The position numbers and the translations under genes are program-made. 64,000 nucleotides of DNA from Sporopachydermia quercuum. Its lineage: Eukaryota. Where the stretch lies: NCBI GenBank assembly GCA_001599295.1, contig BCGN01000006.1, positions 1,302,001-1,366,000 of the forward strand, given 5' to 3'. The notes beneath the pieces were generated by a model, which saw only the letters and a program-made list of their open reading frames with translations, did no database searches and had not been told where the DNA came from. Positions 1 through 12,973 of this stretch are shown here, piece after piece (within the stretch, counting starts at the first letter, position 1; every line of letters begins with the position of its first letter).

Positions 1-1927
1 AATCGTTTGTCTATGTCTCATCTCCTATAAACTGTGACAAATTATGTGGGGAAATTTAATCCTCGCTTACGTACAAAATAAATGTGACAAAACTTCGACC
101 GGAATCCGAGCAAACTATTTTTTTTCCGCGTCTGAAGGAATGATAAACCCAATTTTCTAATTATTCCGTACAACAGTTAGGAAAAGGCAATGCAATAATT
201 ACAGTCCTTTTTTGGAATGTGGAAGAGAAGAAGCAGAACACAAAACAAGCGAAGAAATACATCCATAATAGGAGTTTTAATGTCGCGATAAGAAAAAAAC
301 TGGAAATGAAAAAAAAAAGCTTTCACAGCTTATCACCAACTTCTTTTTCCATTCAGTGATTGATACTATAGTATAATCAATTTACCTTATTCAGTAATCG
401 TTATGCAATGAGACATACCCTATAATTGTTCTCTAACGCATCGGATGCTTGACCTTCTCTGTTCCCATTTGGTAGATGTTTTATCCGAAAGGTGGGGGCG
501 TACCTGATCTCATTCAACCCTAGAGTTGATTGTCTGCGGTAATGAACCATGAAATGAACCCAACATATTTGATGTGGAAGCGACAATTAAAATGTTGACT
601 CCTACTTATTATATTAGTTCTTCTTACTGTAGACCCGTAATATTCTCTAGAACAGTGATTTCAAGCTGATGAGAGGCAGTTGTTTGAATTCTGATTGTTG
701 AAGAAGGAAAAAGCTAACCAGAAAATAACCCTCTTCCATATGCTTCCATACCCCATCGTTAAGCATCGCATGTCCTCGTGATAATTATTTTCCGTCACAT
801 TGTACTTCTATGAAATCTATTCATTGCTTATCGGAAGATGATATCCATCGGTTCATGATGATTGTAGAATCTAGTGAGACAGTTGCAATTGATGTTTCGA
901 CTTCTGGTTCCCTTGTTTGATATTACATCTCATTTCTCTTGCACCATAATATTCTATCTTCCTTCTGCTTCTTATATTTTCCTTTCATGAGGCTAATTGA
1001 GGCCAACGAACGCACCCTAAACAGTTCGTTCACAATAATGATAATCGTATCATCCACTTGTTTCTCTTTCCAGTTAAGCCCTAACAGCACTTGATATGCG
1101 TATACTATATAACACATTATCTGCATCTGCATCACCAACAGTGCTTGATTCGTTCATCCATAACCATTTTCAACTTCATACCATCAAACCCACTAGTCAT
1201 CTTATGCACTGATTGGTCTTAGTTAATGACCGATGAGCGCATTCCGCATTCATCACATATGTTTCTGCAGCACTGACCTGCATTCCCATAAACTTAATCC
1301 CCTTGTACTTTTTCCTACTTTTATGTAATCATAAATTATTTCATTCAGACGCGTTTCATAATCCATAATTTCGTTTGAAATCGTTTCGAACTTTATACTA
1401 TGAAACGATTTCTTCTGAAAGTAGTAATTTTCAATTTCTGCTAACCGCTCGAAACATTGCAATCGAGCAAATTTCGATACGCGAGCTATGATACTGATTG
1501 TAGTTGTTGATATTTTGGTATCAGATTTATTGGTTTCAGTTTTTATTATTATCTGTGTGGTTTCATGAATTCATGGTATCGAATCTTTCTTGTTTCCATT
1601 ATTCTTCCTTTTACTTTTTACTGACAATTGGATGATGATCGAGATTGAAACAATTGAATTGTGAACTATCTCGATCAAATCAATCATACTGTGATTTGGC
1701 AAGACTTATCGTATTGTGTCGAGATTTTTCAGTATTTTAAACACGCTTCGATTCTTTATCAGTTGAGTAGTTAGATGACCTCTAAATAGTGTTTTGTGTT
1801 GATCTTCGTATCTGGGAAGTGACACGTTACTGTTTCAAAGTGTCTTATTGAATTTTCGGAATAAATTCCTGATTTTATAGTCAGTTCTCCTAATATTCTA
1901 CCAATACGATATAAAACCAACTACACA

Positions 1928-3298
1928 ATGACAAATCCTGAAATACAAATCCTGAAGACACGACAACCGGTCGAAGCTGTCGGAGATAAAGAGGAATCTA
2001 ACATAGATTCGGCTCCAAACTCTGTTGAAGGAAGTTACAGTCCGGGTCAGTCATCTGATTCAAACTCGGTTCCTGATTCTACCACTCCAGCAAGTCCTTC
2101 TAAACTCTCTTCCAAAACACAAATCGACCTTCGTGGTACATCTGTTTCCTCGGGCTCCAATTATAGTTCCTCGGAGACTCTCTCTGAGGGCCTTCGCAAA
2201 CACAGACCAAGCAATCTGACATTAGCTGATTCGAACTTAATCAAGAAAACAGAACTTCTAGTGCCAAAAAGTGCTAGAGAACGAATGGCTCTGAGCATAA
2301 TATCTCCAGGTCTACCACCGTTGACGTCGGCGATGAAAGCCTCTGTTCAGATTTCAAGGTCGATTTTCGATCAACAGAAACGGCTAATTGCCGAACGGCA
2401 AAAAGTTGATTCTGCTGGAACTCAAACTAATTATACCACAGGTGATGAGCCTGATACTGAACATACTAGCAATGCTTCTAGTGCGAATACTGAAATATCT
2501 GGCTCATCTTTAACTGATTCAACACTTGTTGATAAATCTGACAATAACACCAAAAATGATATTAATAGTAATAATTATAATAATAATAATAATAATAGTA
2601 ATGAAGGAAACCTGAACCCAACAGGGGAACCTAAAAATCCTATCTCATCTTTCAGTTCTTCTCGGAATGTGAAAACGCAACCTCCTCCTCCTCTCAATAT
2701 GACCTTTGATCCCCCTTCAGCGAGTTCTGCTGTACCGGAAATTAAATCTGCTCCGGCTCATAAAACTCGATATAACCTTCATGATCCTATGGGTTATCCA
2801 AATGCTCGGCCAGGTTCCAGCTATGGTCCTATGAGACATCCTCCTCCAGGAAGGAATAGATTTTATTCCCCTTATGGATANAGAAGCTTTGGATCTGTAT
2901 ACGCTCCTGGTCCTGTTGCTCCCGTTTTTGGTCATCGGCGTCCACCTAGAATGAGTGCTGTTCCTGGAGGACCCACTGAAATTCCTGTGCCGAATTCTGT
3001 TATTAGTAGCAGTGGAAGATCACGGAATAACTATGCTGATATATACAGTCAATCGTCAGCAAATGTGAGTAGGGCAAACGGTTCCCCTGTCGTTACAGAT
3101 ATTTTTGTTGACCATACAATGCGTACGGCGCCAATGTCAATCCAGACCCCTTTGGCACGTAAAGAAATGGCTTTGGAGAAATCACTACCTGATTTCGACC
3201 CAGCAGATCCTTACAATAACGAGGAGATTGTTTTGACGAAAAGAAGGTTTATGGCTATTTGTTCGGAAATGTGGGATAAATATTTGGCAGCTGAGTAA
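1928..3298 (+). CDS. Low-complexity Ser/Pro/Asn-rich protein, possibly a Dig1-like MAPK-responsive transcriptional regulator
   Basis: 456-aa ATG-to-stop ORF. MAPK docking-like motifs (RKHRPSNLTL; KTQPPPPLNM) and a C-terminal FMAICSEMWD segment reminiscent of Dig1/Dig2 C-termini (recalled). The ORF is secure; the identity is tentative. Confidence 0.45.
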   Translation: MTNPEIQILKTRQPVEAVGDKEESNIDSAPNSVEGSYSPGQSSDSNSVPDSTTPASPSKLSSKTQIDLRGTSVSSGSNYSSSETLSEGLRKHRPSNLTLADSNLIKKTELLVPKSARERMALSIISPGLPPLTSAMKASVQISRSIFDQQKRLIAERQKVDSAGTQTNYTTGDEPDTEHTSNASSANTEISGSSLTDSTLVDKSDNNTKNDINSNNYNNNNNNSNEGNLNPTGEPKNPISSFSSSRNVKTQPPPPLNMTFDPPSASSAVPEIKSAPAHKTRYNLHDPMGYPNARPGSSYGPMRHPPPGRNRFYSPYGXRSFGSVYAPGPVAPVFGHRRPPRMSAVPGGPTEIPVPNSVISSSGRSRNNYADIYSQSSANVSRANGSPVVTDIFVDHTMRTAPMSIQTPLARKEMALEKSLPDFDPADPYNNEEIVLTKRRFMAICSEMWDKYLAAE

Positions 3299-4314
3299 TA
3301 TTTGGTCACTGTTCTTTCGTTTTTTAGCAAGTGTAATATATAATACAAATGGCGTTAATTCTAAATTATATTTGATATATCATAGCTTCTAGAAGTTCGG
3401 GTACAATTGCTGTAGGGCTCTCTTTGTGTCTGTTATGATAAACGATAAGAATGTTATCTTTACGTACCTACCAAGTAGTAGGCGGATTTCTATGATCGAT
3501 TAGCCCGCTTGTTGGTAAAGACGAATAAATTTATAGTTAAATATAAGCATTAAACATAATTTATGTAGATGCATACACTTCCAAATCATACAAAAGTTCT
3601 CTGTGTCTATTTCAGAAAGGTGTTTGTAGTATGCAAAAAAAAAAAATTTCTGAAATGTAGAGCGAAGTTCTAGGTCGTCTCAATGCTTTGTTCCTACTCA
3701 TCATCTTCTTCTTATTCTTCGTTTTCAATAGCTCACTACACAAGGTAATGGCTTGATCTGTTGCATATTTGTTGATGTCGGACGAAACATAAGACCAACA
3801 GAGCCAATCAAGACCAACACTTCATTATACAAGAAATTGAATTATCACCACTTCAGTATTCTTCAACTATTCGTGCTCTTTTATCTTAATGGCTAGTAGC
3901 ATCTTCTAAAGAGAAACGACACCTACTTCAGTACAGCTGCATGGCATCAATATGTTATCATAGCTCAAAACAAATGTATTCTGAAATTTTTCAGTTTCAA
4001 TACTAGTAGTCTCAATAGGATTTCATTAATAACTAGAACAATGATTATCTCGTATTTCACAGTTTTTCAAATAAAGACTTCTCCATTATATAATCATTAT
4101 AACAACCCTTTCCTTTTATTACAATACTACGGCAGTCACGAACTTGCAACTAGAGTACATCATAAAGGATTATTGTATTTAATTCAATTAACCGTGAGAT
4201 TATATCTACTATCAGCCTTCTGTTAAAATATATTACATCCATTAGAACTTACTAACATTCAGCGATTAATCAATGCAATGAAAACAAAAAAAAATCCTAT
4301 TCCCACCTTTCCCA

Positions 4315-5976
4315 CTACAACATCTTTGACATATATGGTCCATCCAAAAAATAACCTAACCTAGCATAATAATTTCTTACCCCAACTCCAGAAATAACAG
4401 AAATCTTCTCACTTCCATGTTCTTCTCGTGCAATTCTTTCAGCTTCTTCCATAAGCAAAGTACCGAAACCTTGATGTTGGAACTTTCTTGGATCTCTACC
4501 ATGCAAAGGAACAACTGATCCATAAACGTGTAATTCTCTCACAAGACTTGTCCGTTGTTTGGTCAACTCTTCTCTATATGTATATTTTTCAGAACAAAGT
4601 CTTAATCGCAATAGCCCTATAAGAATATCTTGCTTTGGGTCCTCATAGCTAAGGAATGTCTCCCAACCTCCGTTAGCAGTATAATCTCTTCTGATGAATT
4701 CTACTTGATCTGGGTGGACCTTATGATGCACTTCTTGAATTCCGACTTCTCTTGCTCGAACATCTCGACAGGTTGTACCAAAATCTTTCATGCGGGCCAA
4801 GGCCAACTCCCGTAGATTACCATTCTCAACCCCAGCAGTGACCAATGGCATAGGGATATCTCTTTGAACCCGGTAGATTCTTGTCCAAGGCGGCACCAAA
4901 GCCATAATTCTTGCTATCAGGTCAATAAGAGCATTAGCATTATATGATTTGTACTTACCGAGCTTCCACAGCTCGTATAAACCTGTTCCTCGAATAACTA
5001 AAGTAGGGTAAAGCTTGAGGCCATCGGTACGGAATGATGGGTTATCAAAATACTCTTGGAATTGTTCAATATCTCTTTCCATACCCATATTTGGTAAATC
5101 AGGCATCATATGACTTACTACTTTATATCCAGCATCTTTAGCATATGCAAATGTTTCGCACACAGCTTTGACGGTATGACCTCTATTGGTATCTCTTGCA
5201 ACATCTTCATACACACTTTGAACTCCGATTTCAAGCCGAGTGCACCCATAACGAAGCATATCGGACAAATGGGTTTCCGTACAGTAATCAGGCCTAGTCT
5301 CGATAGTAATACCCACACATTTGGTGTTGGAGAACTGAGAATACTTCACTGACTCATCAACATCTGTGCCAGTGTACCCTGATAAGGCATTATGCAACTG
5401 AGCAATGAACTCTTCTCTATATTCTTTGGGAAGTGACATGAAAGTGCCTCCCATGATAATATATTCTACTTTATCAATGCTGTGGCCCAGTTGTCTTAAT
5501 TGTTCAATGCGCCCTCTGGCCTGTTCATATGGGTCATACCGTGCCCTGATAGCCCGCATCGACGTGGGTTCATACCCTGTGTAAGATTGTGTAGAATACT
5601 CAAAATCAGAATCAGGACCACCAGGACAGTAGACGCAAATGTTTCCTGTGTAAGCAATGTGCGGACATCTATGTGGTTTACACATCACGGCTACCACAGC
5701 AATACCTGAAGCTGTTCGAACTGGTTTCGCCTTTAATTTAGGCAAAAGGTACTTCTTGTATTGATCCGGAATAGACGAAATAATATCAGTGAGTCTGGGT
5801 TGGGATTTTAATTTGTATTTTTTTGACATTCGGCCTATTAAACCGTTGAGATTCACTTCTCTTGAATTGTTAAGACTTCCTACAAGCTCTACCGTGATAT
5901 CGGTACAGCATTGTAAGAATCTTTCATGCTCTGGAGCAAGCTTTTGTTTATTCTTGGGTCCCTTTTCACGAGCCAT
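4315..5976 (-). CDS. ELP3: Elongator catalytic subunit Elp3 (radical SAM + KAT domains)
   Basis: 553 aa. CKPHRCPH...CVYCPGG radical-SAM motif; FQHQGFG acetyl-CoA motif; C-terminal GPYMSK. Confidence 0.98.
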   Translation of the reverse strand: MAREKGPKNKQKLAPEHERFLQCCTDITVELVGSLNNSREVNLNGLIGRMSKKYKLKSQPRLTDIISSIPDQYKKYLLPKLKAKPVRTASGIAVVAVMCKPHRCPHIAYTGNICVYCPGGPDSDFEYSTQSYTGYEPTSMRAIRARYDPYEQARGRIEQLRQLGHSIDKVEYIIMGGTFMSLPKEYREEFIAQLHNALSGYTGTDVDESVKYSQFSNTKCVGITIETRPDYCTETHLSDMLRYGCTRLEIGVQSVYEDVARDTNRGHTVKAVCETFAYAKDAGYKVVSHMMPDLPNMGMERDIEQFQEYFDNPSFRTDGLKLYPTLVIRGTGLYELWKLGKYKSYNANALIDLIARIMALVPPWTRIYRVQRDIPMPLVTAGVENGNLRELALARMKDFGTTCRDVRAREVGIQEVHHKVHPDQVEFIRRDYTANGGWETFLSYEDPKQDILIGLLRLRLCSEKYTYREELTKQRTSLVRELHVYGSVVPLHGRDPRKFQHQGFGTLLMEEAERIAREEHGSEKISVISGVGVRNYYARLGYFLDGPYMSKML

Positions 5977-6102
5977 TGTAGATCGAGTATTTAGGACAGT
6001 TTTGTTGTGATCACTAATCTAATTGAACTATTCGTTTGGTGCAGTTATTTATGATTTATGAATGCAGATAAGAATAAGCGAATGACATAGGAATGAAATA
6101 AT

Positions 6103-6114
6103 CGAAAATTTTTT
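6103..6114. promoter_or_regulatory. RRPE-like element in ELP3 upstream region
   Basis: CGAAAATTTTTT about 130 bp upstream of the ELP3 ATG. Confidence 0.3.
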
Positions 6115-6161
6115 ATAAACGAATTAAAAAGATTATTTGTATGATGAAATTGTTCTGTGCG

Positions 6162-6486
6162 AGATCATGTGATCTTGTACGTGTTTATGTTGCGTTGTCA
6201 AAGAAAAGAATATTAGTTGATAATGAGATAAAGTGTGGAGAATAAAAGAATTTAGGGATCTACAACGTAACTTACTACACTATCTACTCTTTAACTTTGA
6301 AAGTATTAATTATATATTTAAGCCTGCTAGAAAAAAATTGGTAAAACCAAAAATAACTGATTGTTTTGGTAGAAGTGGGTCTAAAAGCATCAAGGCATAA
6401 TTGAGATCATCATCCAATTGCAGATCACGTGATTTTGTTCATTCTTCCCACTTAAAGTTTTATTCATGTTTGAGATCATGTGATCT
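6162..6486. promoter_or_regulatory. Cluster of extended E-box palindromes (bHLH/Cbf1-type sites)
   Basis: AGATCATGTGATCT at 6162-6175 and 6473-6486; AGATCACGTGAT at 6422-6433. Confidence 0.5.
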
Positions 6487-6722
6487 AGCACCAGTTTGCA
6501 TACCTCCTACTGTAGAATCAACTTTTCGAAAGAAAAAGCACAATTATTTACATTCTCAGAAGTGTCAATACTAAGACTCATTATTTCCATTTATTCGATC
6601 GCCTATTTCCCAAATTCAGCCCTCAAATTCCTACAATCTTTAATAGAACATCAACTCTTCTATTCAGTTATATACAAAAATGGAAACCACCTCTTTCACT
6701 CCCAATAATATCAGTATTTACA

Positions 6723-7874
6723 CTACCTCTTCTCGACAGAAGGAGGACTTCTCAAAATATCACCATGAGATTTCATGCACTTCAATGCCAAATTCATATC
6801 CTCCGATGGCTTGGCTCTAATTGGTTCATCAACATCACTTTCAAAGGAAGAACCAATAAGCAATACACTATTTGGCTCAGATGCAACATCAATGGCGAAG
6901 ACTATGTAGTTCACAATATCATTTTCTTGTGTTTTCTTATTTTTGGTCTTATTATCAATCACTGTCAGTCTTTGCTTGGTATCGAATCGATAAACAACTT
7001 GTACATTTTCTAAAGGACGCCCAGGTAGTTGAACAGCTTGAAAACTAATGATCTTTGGCAGTTGATTGAACTTCACAAGTTCCCATTCATACGATATATT
7101 CTGGGGAATATTCTTTAATCTTGCTTCTAATGCTTCTTCCACCCAAATAGACAGTGAATGTGAAACTGGTTTGATATTTTTCCTGATAACTGTTAGCTAC
7201 GTTGAACAACAAGTGGTACTATTAGCATTCAACTTAATCAGTGAATACTTACTTTGCAAAAGCTTGATTTACCGAAACAAACTGAAGCATTGCTTCATTA
7301 CGCCAGTGACTGAACTTAGGTTTATATCCACTTTGCCATCTGAATAAACCAATCCTGTACCATTTGTTAGGAAATTCCGTTATGAAAGACATCGTTGCCT
7401 TTGAGTAACCACATATAACCAACTCCATAGGCAGAACCAACTCCATAGGCAGCCAGCACTGGTACTTACATTAGAGTGTTATAGAAAAATAATCCTGCCC
7501 GTTTGTAATATGCTTTGACAAATTTTAATGGATTAGAGAAAAGTGAAGGGACATTTGGACCTGTAGGAGGAATAAAAGTCTCTATTTATCTGTTAGTTAT
7601 TTGATCGATCAATCTTTAACCATTTGGTACATTGACAACGGGGTTCATGCCGAGTGTTATTAGCTCCTCGTCAGACAAGTCACATACCCATGGAAACACC
7701 AAAAAAACGTATATTAACGGGTTTTAATTCTGTTTTATTGTTGTCAGATGCAAATCTTTTGGTCATCAACAATCCACCATTTCTTAGTAATAATGGTGAG
7801 AATGCGGAACCATTACATCCTCTAGTTAACAGACCAGTAGGAGCTGATATTGCTATTCTTGCTAATGATGACAT
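6723..7874 (-). CDS. MBA1: Mitochondrial ribosome receptor Mba1 (Tim44-like/mL45 family), 4 exons
   Basis: Exons 7874-7688, 7581-7470, 7354-7253 and 7182-6723 splice in frame with GTATGT/GTAAGT donors and CTAAC...AG acceptors. N-terminal mitochondrial presequence; FIPP, W.N.A and QVVYRFDTKQRL motifs. Confidence 0.85.
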
Positions 7875-8316
7875 TATCGTTCTTTATCCTCTTCACCAAG
7901 TACGGTATTAGCTTCTACGAGTTATTGTTATGATTTTAAGTAATATGTGATGAAGCATGAGCATCAAATGTATATATCAATGGATTGCTAGAAAAACTTN
8001 GCTGAAAAGTAAAAGTCGGCCAATGAACAAAAATGGAAACTAAAGTTTATATATTACATGGTCTTATGCGCAATATGCCGTTTACGCATATTATGCATGA
8101 TTCTACTTGATAGTATGTCATTAAACATCATAGGAGTATCTCCCAAATCTTCAACAAAAGATCATTAAGATCAATCACAACTATGAATTGAACAGCATAA
8201 ATATTTGATTTAAATACTTGATTGCTGGTTATAAATGCCTATCTAGCATACATAAAGCAACTCTCATTTTTTGTGCCGCATTTATTTCTCATATAGCCAA
8301 CCATTTACTCCTTTGC

Positions 8317-9072
8317 TTACTCTTCTTTTGGTGGTTCTGGATTCTTATAGAAAATGCCTGCATTGACATAAGGAACCACAATAGGAGAAATTACATTTTG
8401 GTAAACCACTGTAGCACCATTGGTTGCTGGAACAGCAATGTAAATCAAGAAAAGAGTCTTGAAAAGCCAGTAGAGGGGAATCCAGTAGATGATGGCGCTG
8501 CTCCAGAATTCAATGACATTCAAGAAAGCAAAAACTACCCAGTAGGTTAAAAGCTTTGTATCATCATCTTTAGTTGTTGATTCAATGGAAACAATAGAAA
8601 AGTAAGCTGGAATAGCAAAGCCAACAATGTTACTTAACAGTTGACCGACTCTGATCTTTGTTAGTATATATCCAATCAAATAAANTCATCACTTGACTTG
8701 AGCTAATAAAGCATTCTGGCGAAAAACATACCCTCCAACATTAAGGAAAAGCAGAAATAAATAAGCAGCAATTATACCACTAACAGCATATGTTTTTGGT
8801 ATCTCTATATAAATCTTTCGTTAGAACATTTGATTATTACAGCAACTTCAGGCTTATTTAAATCTCCACCTTTCAACTACAATTCACTTACTAGTCTTTG
8901 CTTCAATGTTCTGAGCAATGGGGAATTGCTTTAGTTGCTATACAGCTTGTTAGTAATAGTAATAATTTTATCAGCTCATTTAATCGTTCTTCTTTTTCCC
9001 AATCAACAAAAGAGAAAAACCTACCTCATCGAATTTCCCAAGATACGAAGCAATTTGATCAGGAATAGCCAT
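8317..9072 (-). CDS. YOP1: ER-shaping reticulon-like protein Yop1 (DP1/REEP/HVA22 family), 4 exons
   Basis: Exons 9072-9025, 8937-8892, 8804-8732 and 8650-8317. DDTKLLTYWVVFAFLNVIEFWS motif. Confidence 0.93.
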
Positions 9073-9974
9073 TATGTTAATTTAAGTCTCTCTATGTAGA
9101 AGTGTATACACTATTAGACTGCAAGCTCAATTGTAGTTCCAATATCTGAATATTACTAAAACATCTGGTTAAACCAATATTTTCTTCAGGTTTTTGCTTG
9201 AATGTTTACGCCACAGACAACAAATATTCAATTGGAAAAGTTAATTTATGACAATTAGTCGTTAAGCTGTTGATGCAATGAATCAACAGTAAGGAAGGCA
9301 ACGTGATCGGATGTCTGAAGGGGTAAAACTTTAAATAAGGTTCATGCAAGATGATGTGAGATTTCAAATCTTACATGAGTATTTGGAATGAGAATAGATG
9401 TTTAATGATTATATGACATGTAGTATGAACATGTAGTAGTGGGTTGATAGATTGAAGAGAGTGAAATATGTCAGTTAGCAACAAGTATTTCGAATAATAG
9501 TACTGATAATAGGTTTGTTAGTGAAAAGCTTTATGATGTGATTTGTAGATAGTGTTTATTTTGCATATGTTTTGCAGTATAACATTGGTTGTACGAACGG
9601 GACAATCTACTGATCTGACTTGAAAAATTTCGTATTCATATGTCAGCTAGAAGTAGCATAGATAGAAAGAGATACAAAGTAGAAGGAATTATCAATGCAT
9701 TTAGATATGAGTTGATATATTTTCAATAAATAGAATGCTATTGTTTTCATGGTTCTTTAAATATTTATCCTTTTCATTCGTTTTCACAAATAACCACAAT
9801 GAGTCTGGAATACTAAGATGAAAATCACGAACGGGCTACACTGTTTACATCGATCCATACATTTTATAAAGATACTTATTAGATTAAGGAAAAGCCCTAC
9901 AACATAACATAGCCTATAATTAATACCAATAAAGCTTTTTATTTATACATTATCATACTGTTATGCAAATGTAC

Positions 9975-11083
9975 TTAGTTTCTGAGGGAAGAAGCTCTTC
10001 TCTTCTTGATTTCAGCCTTTTCAGCCTTCTTTTCGTGAAGTCTTTGAGCAACAAGTTGGGCGTATTCAGCAGCAGCATCTCTTTGAGCCTTAGCCTTCTT
10101 GACCTTGAGAGCTCTCAATCTTCTCTTGTGTTGGAGAGTTTGAGGGGTAACAAGACGTTGGATCTTAGGAGCCTTGGTGTAGGTCTTGTCACCCTTGGTA
10201 ACTTCTCTTCTGATGACGAACTTACGAACATCATCTTCCTTGGTCAAACCAAAGAACTTTCTGATGTTGTTAGCTCTCTTGGGTCCTAATCTCTTAGGGA
10301 TAGAAGTATCGGTAACACCTTCAATGGGGTTTTCACCTTGCTTGACAACAACCAAGGAAAGAACAGCAAGATCAGCACCAACAATGCAACCTCTGACACT
10401 CTTTCTCTTTCTTTCACCAGTTCTTCTGGGTCTGTAGCAAGAATGTCCCTTAGACATCAAGAGCTTAACACGGGTAGGATGTAAGACACCTTGCTTCATG
10501 GGGAAACCTTGCTTGTCGTTACCACCGGTAATCTTAAAAATATACCCCTTAAATTCATCTCCAACAGAGTCACCTTCAACTTCTTGACCCATTCTCTTTT
10601 CGTAGAAGGTTCTCAATCTGTGTTCATCGTCAATTTCGATGCACTTTTGAGTGCCATTGGCAGGGAAGGCAATATTGAGCTAAGATTATGTTAGTATTTT
10701 CATATAAATGACAAGTACCATAGTAACCAGTTTGATGATGTGATAGAGTAACATATAATCAAAGTAAACAACATATGATGCAAAAACCTCTTAATGGAAT
10801 CTCTTTTGATGGGTCTTAGTTGTCTAAGTCATTGCAAATGCTGAAGGCAGTCTTTGTCGTTGTTGANCACCAATTGTCAGTATCGATTTGCTCTTGCTGA
10901 TAATCATCGACTCATCAATTAATTCGTTGTTGTTTAACCTGTTGTTGTTGTCAATGAAAGCAATGTATATCATCTTTGAATCCTTTCTTAATCCACTTTT
11001 CCATTCTGAATCTCTACGTTACATTGCAATTACCATCATCACCACCATCAATCCTGTTATAACCATTATCCACATACTTTCAT
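9975..11083 (-). CDS. RPS6: 40S ribosomal protein S6 (eS6), 2 exons
   Basis: Exon 1 is ATG AAA at 11083-11078; intron 11077-10680 (GTATGT...TACTAAC...TAG); exon 2 starts [23 protein letters not shown] and C-terminal RRASSL phosphosites. Confidence 0.98.
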
Positions 11084-11420
11084 CTTGTAAATTGCTTGCT
11101 GATGATCTATATACACAAAATGGAAGCGTATTATTGTCCTGTGCTGATGCTATTCAAGCCTAAAAACTCCAAATAAAATCAATGTATCAACATCAAACAG
11201 CTAAAAGTTTATAACTATAGATAGATTCAAGTTATTCAGTTCACATTCCCTCAGTGTGTGTGTGTGCCAGGCCTCCATAATTTTCGAGTCAAATCCAATT
11301 TTCGAATTGCGTGAGTGAGTTCCCTTCGAAAACTGTTATACTGTTCCAGTTAAAACTTCAAGCGTAAACCTAGGACTTAATGTATATTTCGGTACCGTTG
11401 AAAGTCAACAATATTTATCC

Positions 11421-11500
11421 AGATCACGTGCAAAACAATAGGTTTAATGTAACCCTCCAATTACGTGATCTGAAATTCCGCTCTAGCATCACGTCTCATT
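11421..11500. promoter_or_regulatory. Cbf1-like CACGTG sites in the divergent RPS6 / INO80-subunit promoter
   Basis: GATCACGTG at ~11422-11430, TTACGTGATC at 11461-11470, ATCACGT at ~11488. Confidence 0.4.
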
Positions 11501-11770
11501 GTACCTCCTTCCTATCATTATCTCTGTCTTTCCATCACCAAACCATATATTATCCATACAGAATGCCCAAACATACATATCTACCATACAGTTTATGCTG
11601 TCTATCTAAGGAAATAGTGTTAGTATTAATCAAAAATTAACACTCTGACACAATTCTATAATTCACTACTTCCGCAAACATAGCAGCTAGCAATTGAACG
11701 ATTTCCCCGTGTTTGATGTTGATGCCATCTCGAAGCCTATAGTACTATTCAGACATCGAAATTGCACAAT

Positions 11771-12973
11771 ATGGATCTACACAGTATAACCAACGATAAT
11801 GAGTATTCTCCTATCACGAATGAACCAGAAACTAAACTGAATAATGGAATTGTGAAACAAGAAGAATTGATGCCTCCGAGACAGCCCGGAATTCCTGGCA
11901 AGAGACGTAATTATAGGTAAGTACTTATCTCTAGCTGTGGATACACAGAACTATGAGTATGGTTACCAAAGAACGACAATCTGTGTATACTCATGCAATT
12001 GGCACACCAGGTAAAGATGCCCATTGCCATGTTACTTGAGTATTACAAAAATTAACTATAAGAACTAGGAAAATCTACGAAAAGCTGATGACTCGATTCG
12101 AAGAGAAAGTAGCAAAATCTGAAGAACTATTTCAAGAAGAACAAGCTGTAAGATCATCAGTAGATAAGCTGAATAATGACATAGAGTAAGTATGATTTTG
12201 GGTTCGATATCGGGAGTGACTAATCATCCAAGGTACTAACAGTCACTAGAAACGTTCTAGATCTCATAAACCTAGTGAAAGAATCAGATCTACTATCGCC
12301 AGATGATCTGAATGCTCTTCAAGACGTTGAAACACGAGAAGAAGAAATGCGTATATCCAAGATTCCTGAAAGGTTTGAAGACTCTAGCGACTATAAACCT
12401 TTAGAAATATTAAAGGAACTTGAGGTATTAGATTCAAAAGATGATAACATCAAGCATTTACTGCAGNATTTTGATTTATTCATATCATCACCAAACCTGT
12501 TTAATGGCATGCCTGCTATAGAACCAGAAGTCAATCCTCTCACAACTATCCCGTGGTTAAGAAGACATCAAAAGTTTGACCCTCCAGAGGATGACGGTAA
12601 AGGAAAAGGTATTTTTGATAAGAATCCTAGTTCTATTTCCTTGAATTGGAAACAAAGTAATGCTCCTGCGATCTATGCATATCCAGCTTACGTTGCAGCT
12701 GCGAAAGCGGAATTGATGACAAGTGGCAAGAAAATAATCAAGAGGGTTAAAAAGGAGCTTCCATCAGATGAAGAGGAAGCTAATAGCAAGCCGAAGAAGA
12801 AGAGACCCACAACAGTAGGTACTAAACCTAGAACTAAGGGTAACTCTAGGAAACGGAAACCCAATACTGGAACTGATGATGCTGATGTGAACGATTCATC
12901 GTCCGAGATTGTTTTTGGTGTGAGTGGGAAAGATGTTCCTCACAGTAAGAAGCAACGGAAAACATCTACATAA
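11771..12973 (+). CDS. INO80 chromatin-remodelling subunit, Iec3/Ies5-like, 3 exons
   Basis: Exons 11771-11916, 12069-12185 and 12250-12973 join in frame. N-terminal coiled coil NYRKIYEKLMTRFEEKVAKSEELFQEEQ...IENVLDLINL and PLTTIPWLRRHQ resemble the fungal IEC3 family; basic C-terminal tail. Confidence 0.7.

Noticed and set aside
46..58. 13-mer GTGGGGAAATTTA repeated in inverted form at 45596-45608
   Set aside because: Chance 13-bp matches are expected many times in a 64-kb AT-rich window.
401..1462. Three short minus-strand ORFs (61-71 aa) as a possible gene or transposon relic
   Set aside because: No recognisable motifs, mostly non-ATG starts, and no consistent splice signals joining them.
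4315..5976. Alternative CUG decoding (Ser or Ala)
   Set aside because: CTG codons occupy conserved Leu positions in Elp3.
10872..10920. Box C/D-like pair (TGATGA...CTGA with an AATTG/CAATT stem) in the RPS6 intron, minus strand
   Set aside because: Only about 45-50 nt, too short for a typical C/D snoRNA, and I recognised no rRNA guide.
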